Shown: piece by piece, positions 1 to 9,323 of the stretch | Layout of the letters: each line of letters starts with the position of its first letter | How positions within the stretch are numbered: the stretch's first letter is position 1 | From: Vicinamibacterales bacterium | GTDB lineage: Bacteria > Acidobacteriota > Vicinamibacteria > Vicinamibacterales > UBA8438 | DNA: 64,000 nt | Direction: 5' to 3' | NCBI GenBank assembly: GCA_965217045.1 | Contig: OZ244228.1 | Coordinates: 679,668 to 743,667, forward strand | Notes under the pieces: generated by a model | Database searches by the model: none | What the model was told of the DNA's origin: nothing | The model's input: only the letters and a program-made list of their open reading frames with translations | Made by a program: the position numbers and the translations under genes

Positions 1-551
1 TAGCGATACCCGAGCTCGTGGTCGGCGACCTGCTGTTCCCATACCAGTTCGCCGGTGCGGGCGTCGAGCGCGATCAACTGCGCCTGGCTGGTGCCGGCGT
101 AGATCTTGTCGTCGTAGATGGCGATGTTGCGCCGGGCCAGCCCGGGTTGCCGGTTGGAGGGCAGGTCCGGGTTGGAGGGCATTGGCCGTCCCGAGCGCAG
201 GTGCACCCAGAGCTCCTCGCCGGTGACGGCGTCGAGGGCCGCCACGCCGCTGCGGCTCGGGATGTACATGACGCCGTCGTGCACCAGCGGCGTCACCTCC
301 TCCGTGCCGGCGAGCGTCTCCCAGGACCAGACGAGCTGCAGGTTCCTGACGTTGTCGCGGTTGATCTGGTCGAGCGGGCTGTACCCCTGGCCGTCGATCG
401 TCCGGCGCCAGTTGAGCCAGTCGCCCGGGTCGGGGTCGAGGAGCTCGGCGGCGGTGATCGGCTCGAAGTTGCTGACCTGCGCCGGGACGGCGGCCGCGAA
501 TCCGGCCTGCAGGCAGACTGCGATGAGGCACGAGAGTATCGGACGGGCCAT
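1..551 (-). CDS. PQQ-dependent dehydrogenase, N-terminal part (gene continues beyond window start)
   Basis: Absent from the ORF track because it runs off the edge. ATG at 551-549 is preceded by GAGGGAG. My translation is MARPILSCLIAVCLQAGFAAAVPAQ (signal peptide), then ...DWLNWRRTIDGQGYSPLDQINRDNVRNLQLVWSW...TPLVHDGVMYI...ALDAVTGEELW, the typical start of a quinoprotein 8-bladed propeller. It lies 31 nt downstream of the preceding PQQ gene. Confidence 0.75.
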   Translation of the reverse strand, partial: MARPILSCLIAVCLQAGFAAAVPAQVSNFEPITAAELLDPDPGDWLNWRRTIDGQGYSPLDQINRDNVRNLQLVWSWETLAGTEEVTPLVHDGVMYIPSRSGVAALDAVTGEELWVHLRSGRPMPSNPDLPSNRQPGLARRNIAIYDDKIYAGTSQAQLIALDARTGELVWEQQVADHELGYR

Positions 552-582
552 GCGGAATCTCCCTCGGTGGTGCGTTGTCTAT

Positions 583-2517
583 CTACTCGGGCAAGGCGAA
601 GGCGACGAGCGCTGCGTCCGGGCCGGCGCCGGTGGCGATGGCGACGAACTGCCGGCCGGACCGTGTCCGGTACGTCATCGGGTTCCCGCTGGTGGGGAAG
701 GGGGTGGCGCTCCGCCACACCTCTTCGCCCGTGGTCTTGTCGAATGCGTACAGGTAGGGGTCGCCGCCGCCGATGAAGACGAGGCCGCCCCCGGTGACGA
801 TGGAGCCGTTGTTGCCGGGCGTGCCCAGCCGCGCCGGCAGCTCGACGCCGGCCAGCAGCGGGTGCCGGCGGACTGCCGGACTGCCTGCGCCGAACGGTAC
901 CCTCCACGCGATCTCGCCCCGGTCGAGATCGATGGCCGCCAGCCACGCATACGGCGGCTTGACGAGCGGGATGGCTCCCAGCCGCGCCCGGGCCCGCTCA
1001 CGGCCCTCCGTGCAGGCGCTGCCCCCCACGTACTCGGCGTCCGCCGACGGATGCTCCTCGTCGGTTCGCTCGCACACCTGGATGACGCTCGTGCCTTCCG
1101 ACGTGCGCACGTAGAGCCAGCCGGTCTCCGGGTCGAACGCGGCCCCGCCCCAGTTGGCGCCGCCGGTGACCATCGGCCGGATGAGCGTGCCGCGCATCGC
1201 CGGGGGCGTGTACAGCGGGCCCAGGCGGAACTCGCGCATCGTCGCCTCGGCCAGCGCCTTAATCTCCGGCGTCAGGTCGTTCGCGTCTGCCAGCGCGACG
1301 CCCTGGCCGCTGAACGGCGGCGGCTGCGTCGGGAACGGCTGCGTCGGGTAGGGCACCTCGCCGGGCACGTCGGTGGTCGTGTCGACCGGGCGCTCCTCGA
1401 TCGGCCAGACCGGCTCGCCGGTGACGCGGTCGAAGACGTACGTGAACCCGATCTTCGAGACCTCGGCCACGGCGTCGATCGTGCGTCCGTCGACCGTGAT
1501 CGTGACGAGATTGGGGGGCGCCGTGAGGTCGTAGTCCCACAGCCCGTGGTGCACCGCCTGGAAATGCCATTGCCGCTCGCCGGTGCGCGCATCCAGGCAG
1601 ATGAGCGATTCGGCGAACAGGTTGGCGCCGATCCGCCGTCCGCCCCAGTAGTCGCTGCTGGGCGTGCTGGTCGGTACGTAGAGCAGGCCGCGCTCTTCGT
1701 CGAGCGACATCAGCCCCCAGACGTTGGCGTGCCCGGTATACCGCCAGGACTGGTCCTCCCAGGTGTCGGCGCCGAAGGCGTCGTTGGACTGCGGAATCGT
1801 GTGGAAGACCCACTTCCGCTGCCCCGTGCGGGTGTCGAAGGCCTGCACCGTCCCCGGCGTATCCAGGCGGCGCTTGATGCGGTCCGGCACGCGGCTGCCG
1901 ACGATGACGAGGTCGTCGAAGACCACCGGGGTCGAGGTCTGATCGAACGCGTCGCGCAGCACGTCGCGGCCGAGTCCCTCGGTCAGCGGAATGCGCCCGC
2001 CGTCGCCGAAGTCGGCCGCGAGCTGTCCCGTCGCGGCGTCGAGGGCATAGAGCCAGTAGCGGCTGTTCAGGAACAGGCGCACGTGGTCCCCGTCGCGCCA
2101 GAAAGCGACGCCCCGGTGCTTGAACCCGCCCGGGGGCGTGCCCCGGCCGCCGAGTCGGTACGTCTCCGGATCGAAGCGCCAGCGCTCGGCGCCCGTCTCC
2201 GCGTCGAGCGCCACGACGCGGGCGTACATCGTGGATACGTAGAGCGTGTCGTCGATCATCAACGGGGTCGCCTCGAAGCGGCCCGGCCGGGTGCCGTACT
2301 CGGGCAGCGGCAGCTCGCCCGCATCCCATTCCCAGGCAATCTCCAGATTGCCGACGTTGGCCCGGTCGATGTCGGCCAGCGCCGAGTACTTGCTGTGGGC
2401 CTGGTCGCCGCCCACGTAGGGCCACTCGACCGCTCCGGGTTCCTGCGCTCCGGCCGGCCCGGTCGCGATCGCGACCGCGAGCAGGCAGCCTGGCCACGTC
2501 GGTCGTCGTCCTTGCAT
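583..2517 (-). CDS. Soluble PQQ-dependent dehydrogenase (glucose/quinate/shikimate-like quinoprotein), signal peptide
   Basis: 644-aa ORF with the N-terminal signal LLAVAIATGPAGAQ. Propeller motifs: EWPYVGGDQAHSKYSALADI, ATPLMIDDTLYVST, VVALDAETGAERW, AVHHGLWDYD, GGANWGG. No N-terminal multi-TM anchor is present. Confidence 0.9.
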   Translation of the reverse strand: MQGRRPTWPGCLLAVAIATGPAGAQEPGAVEWPYVGGDQAHSKYSALADIDRANVGNLEIAWEWDAGELPLPEYGTRPGRFEATPLMIDDTLYVSTMYARVVALDAETGAERWRFDPETYRLGGRGTPPGGFKHRGVAFWRDGDHVRLFLNSRYWLYALDAATGQLAADFGDGGRIPLTEGLGRDVLRDAFDQTSTPVVFDDLVIVGSRVPDRIKRRLDTPGTVQAFDTRTGQRKWVFHTIPQSNDAFGADTWEDQSWRYTGHANVWGLMSLDEERGLLYVPTSTPSSDYWGGRRIGANLFAESLICLDARTGERQWHFQAVHHGLWDYDLTAPPNLVTITVDGRTIDAVAEVSKIGFTYVFDRVTGEPVWPIEERPVDTTTDVPGEVPYPTQPFPTQPPPFSGQGVALADANDLTPEIKALAEATMREFRLGPLYTPPAMRGTLIRPMVTGGANWGGAAFDPETGWLYVRTSEGTSVIQVCERTDEEHPSADAEYVGGSACTEGRERARARLGAIPLVKPPYAWLAAIDLDRGEIAWRVPFGAGSPAVRRHPLLAGVELPARLGTPGNNGSIVTGGGLVFIGGGDPYLYAFDKTTGEEVWRSATPFPTSGNPMTYRTRSGRQFVAIATGAGPDAALVAFALPE

Positions 2518-2520
2518 CGG

Positions 2521-2582
2521 TGCCTCGTCGCTAGCCCGGAAGTCGTCGCCTGCGGCTCCGCTTGCCGCCCAACCAATCCTCC
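2521..2582 (-). repeat. Leader repeat copy 1 (core AGGATTGGTTGGGCGGC ... CCGGGCTAG), 4-65 nt upstream of the PQQ gene start
   Basis: The reverse complement reads GGAGGATTGGTTGGGCGGCAAGCGGAGCCGCAGGCGACGACTTCCGGGCTAGCGACGAGGCA. It shares a 17-nt identical core with 5857-5873 and aligns along about 60 nt with 40255-40312. Confidence 0.7.
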
Positions 2583-2598
2583 AGGCGCCCTTGCCGTT

Positions 2599-4563
2599 CT
2601 ACCGCGCGGGCGCCTGACCCGGCAGCGTGAATGCGACGAGCGCGGCATCGGGTCCGGCGCCGGTCGCGATGACGATGAACTGCCGCCCCGCGAGCGTGCG
2701 GTAGGTCAGCGGGTTGCCGCTCGTGCGGTACGGGGTCGCGCCGCGCCACACTTCCTCGCCGGTCGCCTTGTCGAAGGCGTAGAGATACGGGTCGCCGCCG
2801 CCGATGAAGACCAGCCCGCCGGCCGTCACCATCAGCCCGTTGGCGCCGGGCGTGCCCAGGCGCGCGGGGAGGTCGACGCCCCGCAGCAGCGGATGGTTGC
2901 GGACGATCCGGCTGCCCTCGCCGAACGGCACCCGCCACGCGATCTCCCCCTGGTTCAGGTCGATGGCGGTGAGGTAGGCATAGGGCGGCTTGAGCAACGG
3001 AATCGGTCCCAGCCGGCTGCGCGCCACCTCGGTGGCGCCGGGCCGGCCGGCGAAGATCTGCCCGGCCGCGCCATGCGGGCAGTTGTTGCTGAACTCGACG
3101 TCCACGTCCGGGTCCTCGCCCAGCACCTCGCACACCTGGTTGGCGCTGGTGCCCTCGGACGAGCGGACGTACAGCAGCCCGGTCTCCGGGTCGAAGCCGG
3201 CGCCGCCCCAGTTGGCGCCGCCGTCGATGCGGGGCCGTTGCAGCGTGCCGCGCAGGGCCGGCGGCGTGAACAGCGGGCCGAGCCGGAAGCCGCTCATCTC
3301 CTCCCGCGCGATGGCGTTGATCTCGGGCGTCAGATCGTTGGCGTCATCCAGCGAGACCCCCTGTCCGGCGAACGCGGGCGGCTTCGTCGGGAACGGCTGC
3401 GTCGGGTAGGGCACTTCGCCCGGCACGTCGGTCGTGGTGTCGACCGGCCGTTCCTCGATCGGCCACACCGGCTCGCCGGTGACCCGGTCGAACACGTAGG
3501 TGAAGCCCTGCTTCGACACCTCGGCCACCGCGTCGATCGTCCGGCCGTCGACGGTAATCGTGACCAGGTTCGGCGGCGACGTGAAGTCGTAGTCCCAGAG
3601 CCCGTGATGCACCGCCTGGAAATGCCACTGCCGCTCGCCGGTCCGCGCATCGAGGCAGAGGAGCGACTCGGCGAACAGGTTGGCGCCCGGCCGCCGTCCG
3701 CCCCAGTAGTCGCTGCTGGGCGTGCTCGTGGGTACGTACAGCAGTCCCCGTTGCTCGTCGAGGGACATCAGGCCCCAGACGTTCGCGTGGCCCGTGTAGC
3801 GCCACGATTGATCCTCCCAGGTGTCGGCGCCGAAGGCGTCGTTCGACTGCGGCACCGTGAAGAAGATCCAGCGCCGCTCGCCCGTGCGGGCGTCGAACGC
3901 CTGCACCGACCCGGGCGTGTCGAACCGGCGCTGCACGCGGTCGGGCACGCGACTGCCCACAATCACCAGGTCCTCGAAGACGACCGGCGGGGACGTCTGG
4001 TCGAAGGCGTCGTCGTGCACCTCGCGCCCGTGGCCCTGCGTCAGGTGGACGCTGCCGCCGTCGCCGAAGCTCGTGAGCAGCTGCCCGGTCGCGGCGTCGA
4101 GGGCGTAGAGGCGGACCCGGCTGTTCAGGAACAGGTGCAGATCGTCCCCGTCGCGCCGGAACGCGACGCCGCGGTGCTTGAAGCCGCCGGGACTCGTCCC
4201 GCGTCCGCCCAGCTCGTAGACCCGCGGGTCGAACGCCCACTTCTCCGCCCCGGTCTCCGCGTCCAGTGCGACGACGCGGGAGTACATGGTGGAGAAGTAC
4301 AGCGTGTTGTCGATCATCAGCGGCGTCGCCTCGAAGCGGCCCGGCCGCGCGCCGTACTCCGGCAGCGGCATTTCGTTGGGATCCCACTGCCACGCAATCT
4401 CCAGGTCGCCGACGTTGGTCGTGTCGATGTCGGCCAGCGCGGAGTACTTCGTGTGGGATTGCTCCCCGCCGACGTACGGCCACTCGACCATTGGGCCGGT
4501 GTCGTCCTGGGCGGAGAGCAGGGCAGTCGAGGCCACAATCGCCAGCGCGCACAGTCGCTTCAT
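2599..4563 (-). CDS. Soluble PQQ-dependent dehydrogenase, tandem paralogue of 583-2517
   Basis: 654-aa ORF with the signal peptide MKRLCALAIVASTALLSAQ. It is collinear with the downstream copy and by eye about four-fifths identical, with the same HHGLWDYD and GGANWGG motifs. Confidence 0.9.
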   Translation of the reverse strand: MKRLCALAIVASTALLSAQDDTGPMVEWPYVGGEQSHTKYSALADIDTTNVGDLEIAWQWDPNEMPLPEYGARPGRFEATPLMIDNTLYFSTMYSRVVALDAETGAEKWAFDPRVYELGGRGTSPGGFKHRGVAFRRDGDDLHLFLNSRVRLYALDAATGQLLTSFGDGGSVHLTQGHGREVHDDAFDQTSPPVVFEDLVIVGSRVPDRVQRRFDTPGSVQAFDARTGERRWIFFTVPQSNDAFGADTWEDQSWRYTGHANVWGLMSLDEQRGLLYVPTSTPSSDYWGGRRPGANLFAESLLCLDARTGERQWHFQAVHHGLWDYDFTSPPNLVTITVDGRTIDAVAEVSKQGFTYVFDRVTGEPVWPIEERPVDTTTDVPGEVPYPTQPFPTKPPAFAGQGVSLDDANDLTPEINAIAREEMSGFRLGPLFTPPALRGTLQRPRIDGGANWGGAGFDPETGLLYVRSSEGTSANQVCEVLGEDPDVDVEFSNNCPHGAAGQIFAGRPGATEVARSRLGPIPLLKPPYAYLTAIDLNQGEIAWRVPFGEGSRIVRNHPLLRGVDLPARLGTPGANGLMVTAGGLVFIGGGDPYLYAFDKATGEEVWRGATPYRTSGNPLTYRTLAGRQFIVIATGAGPDAALVAFTLPGQAPAR

Positions 4564-4622
4564 GCGGGTTCTCCCATGCGGGTGGAAGGCCCGATCCTAC
4601 TACAGTGGCGTGCCGGCGCCGC

Positions 4623-5813
4623 TCACGGCGCCATCGAGATCAGATACCGCTCCGGCCACCGCGAGTAGCCGTCCACGGTGTAGATGTTGCCGGTCAAATC
4701 GACCGCCATCTCGTGGTTGCCGCCGCGCGTGTCGATGTCGCCGACCAGTTCCAGCGTGCGCCGGTCGACGATGTAGATCTTGCGGTAGCTGGTGGCGGAC
4801 CCGACGTACAGGTACTGCTGATCCGGGTCGTGCGAGAACGCGGCCATCGAGGCGGACCCCACACCGGGGCCGGGCTCGTCGCGGGGCAGGTACTGGTTGT
4901 TCTCGAGGTCGAACCGCCACGGTGCCGGCGTGGCCCGCTCGATGAACAATTCCTCGACGAAGGTCCCGTCCGTCTCGAAGACGTGCACCCGGTTGTGGCC
5001 GCGGTCACACACGTAGACGGTCCCGTCGTGCGCCACGCGGACGCAGTGGGTCGGGTCCCAGCGCTCGGGCGGCGGGCCGTCCGGGCTGAGCTCCTCGGCC
5101 GGACCGTCGTCGGGCGGGCGGCCGTACGCGCCCCACAGACGCTTGAACTCGCCGCTCACCGCGTCGAACACGATGACGCGCTGGTTCGTGTAGCCGTCGG
5201 CGATGAATACCTCGTTCGTGTCGGGATGGACCGCGGCGGTCGTGGGGCCGCCGAGGAGGCGCTCGTCGAGGCTGCCGTTCGTCCGGCCGTTCTCCCCGAT
5301 CTGCAAGAGGAACTCGCCCTCCGCCGTGAACTTGAGGACGACGCCGCCGTCGGCGCGGGTGCCGCCGCCGATCACCCAGACGTTGTCCTCGTGGTCGATG
5401 AACATCCCGTGCTCGGCGGCGAACGTATCCTCCATCCAGTCGTATCCCTCGCCCGGGCCGCCCCACGCCTGAAGGACGTTCCCTGCGTGGTCGAACTGGA
5501 TGATCGGCGGCGCCAGCTCCTTGCCTTCCGCGGCGAGCAGCGCCTGGATCCGGTCGCTGTTGGCATGCGCAATCCAGGGGTTGTCCTGCGAGTCGACCGC
5601 CACGCCCCACACGTCGCCAAGGGCCCAGTTGTTCGGCAGCGGCTGCGGCCACGACGGGTCGTGGGCGAACGTCGGCAACGCTGCCGCCGCGGCCTCCGCC
5701 GGCTGCTCCGGCGCCGCGGGCGGCTCCTCCGAGGCGCCGGAGGCGATCATCAGCACCGCCAGCGCTCCGCCGAGCGCCAGCAGCAGATTCAGCGGGACAC
5801 GTTTCGAGTTCAT
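4623..5813 (-). CDS. NHL-repeat-type beta-propeller protein, secreted
   Basis: 396-aa ORF with an N-terminal hydrophobic segment. Repeated blade-like units are present (VAVDSQDNPWIA, MFIDHEDNVWVIGG, VHPDTNEVFIADGYTNQRVIVFD, VAHDGTVYVCDRGHNRVHVFE, VDLTGNIYTVD). Confidence 0.7.
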   Translation of the reverse strand: MNSKRVPLNLLLALGGALAVLMIASGASEEPPAAPEQPAEAAAAALPTFAHDPSWPQPLPNNWALGDVWGVAVDSQDNPWIAHANSDRIQALLAAEGKELAPPIIQFDHAGNVLQAWGGPGEGYDWMEDTFAAEHGMFIDHEDNVWVIGGGTRADGGVVLKFTAEGEFLLQIGENGRTNGSLDERLLGGPTTAAVHPDTNEVFIADGYTNQRVIVFDAVSGEFKRLWGAYGRPPDDGPAEELSPDGPPPERWDPTHCVRVAHDGTVYVCDRGHNRVHVFETDGTFVEELFIERATPAPWRFDLENNQYLPRDEPGPGVGSASMAAFSHDPDQQYLYVGSATSYRKIYIVDRRTLELVGDIDTRGGNHEMAVDLTGNIYTVDGYSRWPERYLISMAP

Positions 5814-5840
5814 GGCACCTCCGCGGCGGTTCGCCGTAGA

Positions 5841-5875
5841 CTAGCCCGGAGAGCGCGCCGCCCAACCAATCCTAC
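5841..5875 (-). repeat. Leader repeat copy 2 (shortened), 28-62 nt upstream of the NHL gene start
   Basis: The reverse complement is GTAGGATTGGTTGGGCGGCGCGCTCTCCGGGCTAG. It has the same AGGATTGGTTGGGCGGC core and the same CCGGGCTAG end as copy 1, with the middle part missing. Confidence 0.65.
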
Positions 5876-5961
5876 AGGAGCCCGCGCTATTCCACGGGTG
5901 CAGACTCCTGGCACGGTTGCTCCAATCGGGCGGCACGCGGCCGCACGCCGGCAGAGGCAAC

Positions 5962-7698
5962 ATGACCCTTGGCGTCAAGAAGTTCCTCGTCTTCGCGCTG
6001 GCGATCCTCGTGTCGTGGATTGCCGGCGCCACGGTCCCGCCGACCTGGAACGTCGACCAGGTCACCCTGGACGTCCGGACGGACGACGAGGGCCGACTCT
6101 ACTACCTGTCCGAGGGGCTCCGCGCGCACTTCGAGCCGGTGCCGCTGGACCGGGCGCAACTCGATCCCGCGGCAGTCCACGGCTCGCATCTTGCTCCGTC
6201 GGTGACGGAAGAGTTCGTCTCGGCCATTGAGACCCGCGACGGGCGAGCCGAGACGGTCTACTACCAGCTCCGGGCACGGGCACACTGGGGGTGGTGGTCG
6301 CTGCTGCCGGCCGTGGTCGCGGTGGTGCTGTGCTGGCTCACGCGCGAGCCGGTCACCGCGCTGGCCGCGGGCATCGTCTCCGGCGCGCTGCTGCTGGGCC
6401 GCTACGACATCACCGGCGAGGTGCTGATCCCGTCGCTCGCGACGACCAACTCGGCCGGGGTCCTGCTCCTTTATCTATGGCTGCTGGGCGGACTCATGGG
6501 GGTCTGGTCGCGAACCGGCGCGGCGCAGGCGTTCGCGGAGTTCATGACCGCGCGCTTCGTCCGCGGCCCGCGCAGCGCCAAGCTCGTCGCCTGGATGCTC
6601 GGCGTCGTCTTCTTCCAGGGCGGAACGGTGAGCACCGTGGTGGTCGGCACGACCGTCAAGCCGATCGCCGACAAGGAGCGGATCAGCCACGAGGAGCTGG
6701 CCTACATCGTCGACTCGACCGCCTCGCCGATCGCGTCGCAGCTCGCCTTCAATGCGTGGCCGGGCTACGTCCAGGCGTTCATCTTCGTTTCCGGGGTCAG
6801 CTTCCTGGCGACGGAGGCCGACCGCATCGCGTTCTTCTTCCAGAGCGTGCCGTTCTGCTTCTATGCCATCTTCGCGGTGCTGGGTACGTTCCTCCTGAGC
6901 ATCGAGAAGCCGGTCTTTCTCGGCCGGCGCCTCGCGGCGGCCATGGTGCGTGCCCGCACGACGGGCCGGCTGGACGCCGACGGGGCGGCCCCGCTCAGCG
7001 CCCGGGAGCTGCAGGCGAGCCACGTTCCCGAGGGCTACGCGCCGCACGTCCTGGAGTTCTTCCTGCCGCTCGGCCTGCTCATCGGCGTTGCGGTCGGCAC
7101 CTTCGTCGTTTCCGGATCGCCGAACGTGCAGTGGGCGTTCGGCGGGGCGCTGCTGCTGGCGTCGGGCATGGCCCTGGCCCGGGGCATGTCGCTCAAGGAC
7201 CTGATGGCCGGGTTTCACGACGGTATCAAGGGCGTGGTGCTCGGCTCGGTCATCCTCCTGCTGGCCATCACCATCGGCAACGTCAGCGCGCAGACCGGGG
7301 GCGGCGTCTTCCTGGTCGACCAGCTGGGCGGCAGCGTGCCGTACTTCCTGCTGCCGGTGCTGCTGCAGCTGATGACGATGATCATCGCCTTCTCGACCGG
7401 CACCAGCTGGGGAACCTACGCGGTGGCGTTCCCGCTGGCCATGCCGCTGGCGTGGGCCGTGGCCGGCACGCAGGGGCTGTCGCATCCGGAGCTGTTCATG
7501 ACGCTCTGCTTCGCCGCGGTCATGGACGGCAGCGTCTACGGCGACCAGTGCTCGCCGATCTCGGACACCACCGTGCTCAGCTCGGTCTGTACCGGCTGCG
7601 ACCTGATGGACCACGTCAAGACGCAGATTCCCCAGGCCTCGGTGGCGGCTGCCCTGGCCGCGGTCTGCTGGACGGCCATCGCCTTCTTCACGGCGTAG
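5962..7698 (+). CDS. Na+/H+ antiporter NhaC-family membrane transporter
   Basis: The ORF runs 5917-7698; the likely start is ATG 5962 (MTLGVKKFLVFALAIL). It is polytopic and hydrophobic throughout. The stretch TVKPIADKERISHEELAYIVDSTASPIASQLAFNAWPGY and the C-terminal YGDQCSPISDTT are typical of the NhaC family. Confidence 0.8.
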   Translation: MTLGVKKFLVFALAILVSWIAGATVPPTWNVDQVTLDVRTDDEGRLYYLSEGLRAHFEPVPLDRAQLDPAAVHGSHLAPSVTEEFVSAIETRDGRAETVYYQLRARAHWGWWSLLPAVVAVVLCWLTREPVTALAAGIVSGALLLGRYDITGEVLIPSLATTNSAGVLLLYLWLLGGLMGVWSRTGAAQAFAEFMTARFVRGPRSAKLVAWMLGVVFFQGGTVSTVVVGTTVKPIADKERISHEELAYIVDSTASPIASQLAFNAWPGYVQAFIFVSGVSFLATEADRIAFFFQSVPFCFYAIFAVLGTFLLSIEKPVFLGRRLAAAMVRARTTGRLDADGAAPLSARELQASHVPEGYAPHVLEFFLPLGLLIGVAVGTFVVSGSPNVQWAFGGALLLASGMALARGMSLKDLMAGFHDGIKGVVLGSVILLLAITIGNVSAQTGGGVFLVDQLGGSVPYFLLPVLLQLMTMIIAFSTGTSWGTYAVAFPLAMPLAWAVAGTQGLSHPELFMTLCFAAVMDGSVYGDQCSPISDTTVLSSVCTGCDLMDHVKTQIPQASVAAALAAVCWTAIAFFTA

Positions 7699-7720
7699 AG
7701 TCCGCGCCGTGGAACGGCGC
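7696..7720 (+). repeat. Divergent solo copy of the IS1182-terminus-like hairpin, overlapping the TAG stop of the NhaC gene
   Basis: TAGAGTCCGCGCCGTGGAACGGCGC resembles TAGGAGTCTGCGCCGTAGAACGGCGC at 20295 and 22826. The stem is GCGCCG/CGGCGC. Confidence 0.5.
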
Positions 7721-7721
7721 T

Positions 7722-7901
7722 TCAACGCGTTGCGGCATCCGCGCGCGATCGGGCCGCCGGCCATTCCCGCAGCACCCGCGGCGCGAGCCGCCGGGCGGTG
7801 CCCACGCCGGCGGCGACCAGGGGGTGCGCGAGCTGCATCAGAATGGCGCGTCCCCAGCCGAGTACGACCACCGTTTCACCGTTGACGCGGCGGGCGAGCA
7901 C
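7722..7901 (-). pseudogene. Possible remnant of a DUF2236/MpaB-type oxygenase N-terminus
   Basis: My translation of the minus strand gives VLARRVNGETVVVLGWGRAILMQLAHPLVAAGV..., which resembles the start of DUF2236 proteins and then degenerates to a stop after 59 codons. There is no credible full-length ORF. Confidence 0.25.
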
Positions 7902-7954
7902 CGCCTGTCATGGTAACCCCGCGTCCCCCAGCGGCATCGTGGTAGCGTCGTACC

Positions 7955-9064
7955 ATGCGCATCGGCATTCCGGCGGAGATCAAGGCGGACGAGAACCGCG
8001 TTGCCATCACGCCGTCCGGCGTCACGGCATTCGCGGCCCACGGGCACGAGGTGGTCATCGAGGCGGGTGCGGGGATCGGCAGTGCGATCCCGGATCGAGC
8101 CTACCAGGCGGCCGGCGCCAACGTGGCCGGCGGAGCCGACGAGGTCTGGGAACGCGCGGACCTCGTTCTGAAGGTCAAGGAGCCGCTAGAGCCGGAGTTC
8201 GATCGGATGCGGCCCGGCCAGATCGTCTTCACCTACCTCCATCTGGCCGCGTCGAGCGAGCTGACGGCCCGGTTGCTCGAGCGCCGCATCGTCGGCATCG
8301 GCTACGAGACGGTGCAGTTCCCCGACGGCACGCTGCCGCTGCTCGTGCCGATGTCGGAGGTGGCCGGACGGCTGTCCATCCAGGCGGGCGCCACGTCGCT
8401 CGAGATGCGGTCTGGCGGCAAGGGCCTGCTGCTGCCCGGCGTCTCCGGCGTCCGGCGCGGCCGGGTGACTATCATCGGCGCCGGCGTGGTCGGGCTGAAC
8501 GCCTGCGTCGTCGGCGTAGGGTTCGGGGCGGACGTCACGATCATCGACATCAATCCGCTGCGGCTCGCCTACGTGCGCGACGTCGTCCAGGGACACGTCA
8601 CCACGCTCATGTCGAACACCGCGAACATCGAGGGTGCCGTCGCGTCCGCCGACCTCGTTCTCTGCTCGGTGCTCATCCCGGGCGCCCGGACGCCGCGCCT
8701 GGTCACCCGCGCGCACCTGGCGCAGATGGAGCCCGGCTCGGCGCTCGTCGACGTGGCCGTCGACCAGGGCGGATGCGCGGAGACGAGCCGGGCGACGACC
8801 CACCACGACCCGCGCTACGTGGAGGAGGGCGTGGTCCACTACTGCGTCTCGAACATGCCCGGCGCGGTCCCGCACACGTCGACCTACGCCTTGACCAACG
8901 CCACGATGGCCTACGCGCTGGAGGTCGCCGACCGCGGCTGGCGCGCCGCCGCCGCGCGCGATCCGGCCCTCGCGAAGGGAGTCAACGTCGTCGACGGTCA
9001 GGTGACCCACGAAGCCGTCGCCGCGGCGCACGGTCTCGACCACGTGCCGCTGGGGGAGACGTAG
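7955..9064 (+). CDS. ald: Alanine dehydrogenase
   Basis: 369 aa, starting MRIGIPAEIKADENRVAITPSGV. It has the Rossmann motif IIGAGVVGLNA and VDVAVDQGGCAETSRATTH, and is full length relative to the Ald family. Confidence 0.95.
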   Translation: MRIGIPAEIKADENRVAITPSGVTAFAAHGHEVVIEAGAGIGSAIPDRAYQAAGANVAGGADEVWERADLVLKVKEPLEPEFDRMRPGQIVFTYLHLAASSELTARLLERRIVGIGYETVQFPDGTLPLLVPMSEVAGRLSIQAGATSLEMRSGGKGLLLPGVSGVRRGRVTIIGAGVVGLNACVVGVGFGADVTIIDINPLRLAYVRDVVQGHVTTLMSNTANIEGAVASADLVLCSVLIPGARTPRLVTRAHLAQMEPGSALVDVAVDQGGCAETSRATTHHDPRYVEEGVVHYCVSNMPGAVPHTSTYALTNATMAYALEVADRGWRAAAARDPALAKGVNVVDGQVTHEAVAAAHGLDHVPLGET

Positions 9065-9258
9065 CGCACGCGCGACGGAAGTCGTTCGGCCGTCCCGTCC
9101 ACAGCCAGGACAGCAGCCCGTGGTCCGGCACCACGCGGCACAGGAAATCCTCCACGGGAAGGCACCAGACGCATAGAGCAAGCGCGGCAGGGCGTGCTTG
9201 CTCGAGTATGGAAGCGGGGATTCGCAGTCGGTCAGGGTGATCTTGAGGGGGGCGGCGC

Positions 9259-9291
9259 AAAAAAAACAGGGCGGGGGATGCCCCCGCCCTG
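9259..9291 (-). terminator. Rho-independent terminator of the TonB-dependent receptor gene
   Basis: On the minus strand the sequence is CAGGGCGGGGG-CAT-CCCCCGCCCTG followed by TTTTTTTT, 33 nt after the stop at 9324. Confidence 0.75.
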
Positions 9292-9323
9292 CGGAAACTG
9301 CGCTTCGGATTTCAGTCCGGAGC

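Noticed and set aside
118-4668. The 1516-aa ORF on the plus strand is the longest in the track.
   Set aside because: It is antisense to the two tandem PQQ dehydrogenase genes and the NHL gene end. Its product is low-complexity and Arg/Ala/Gly/Pro-rich with no recognisable motifs, whereas the minus-strand frames carry textbook quinoprotein motifs. This is a classic high-GC shadow ORF.
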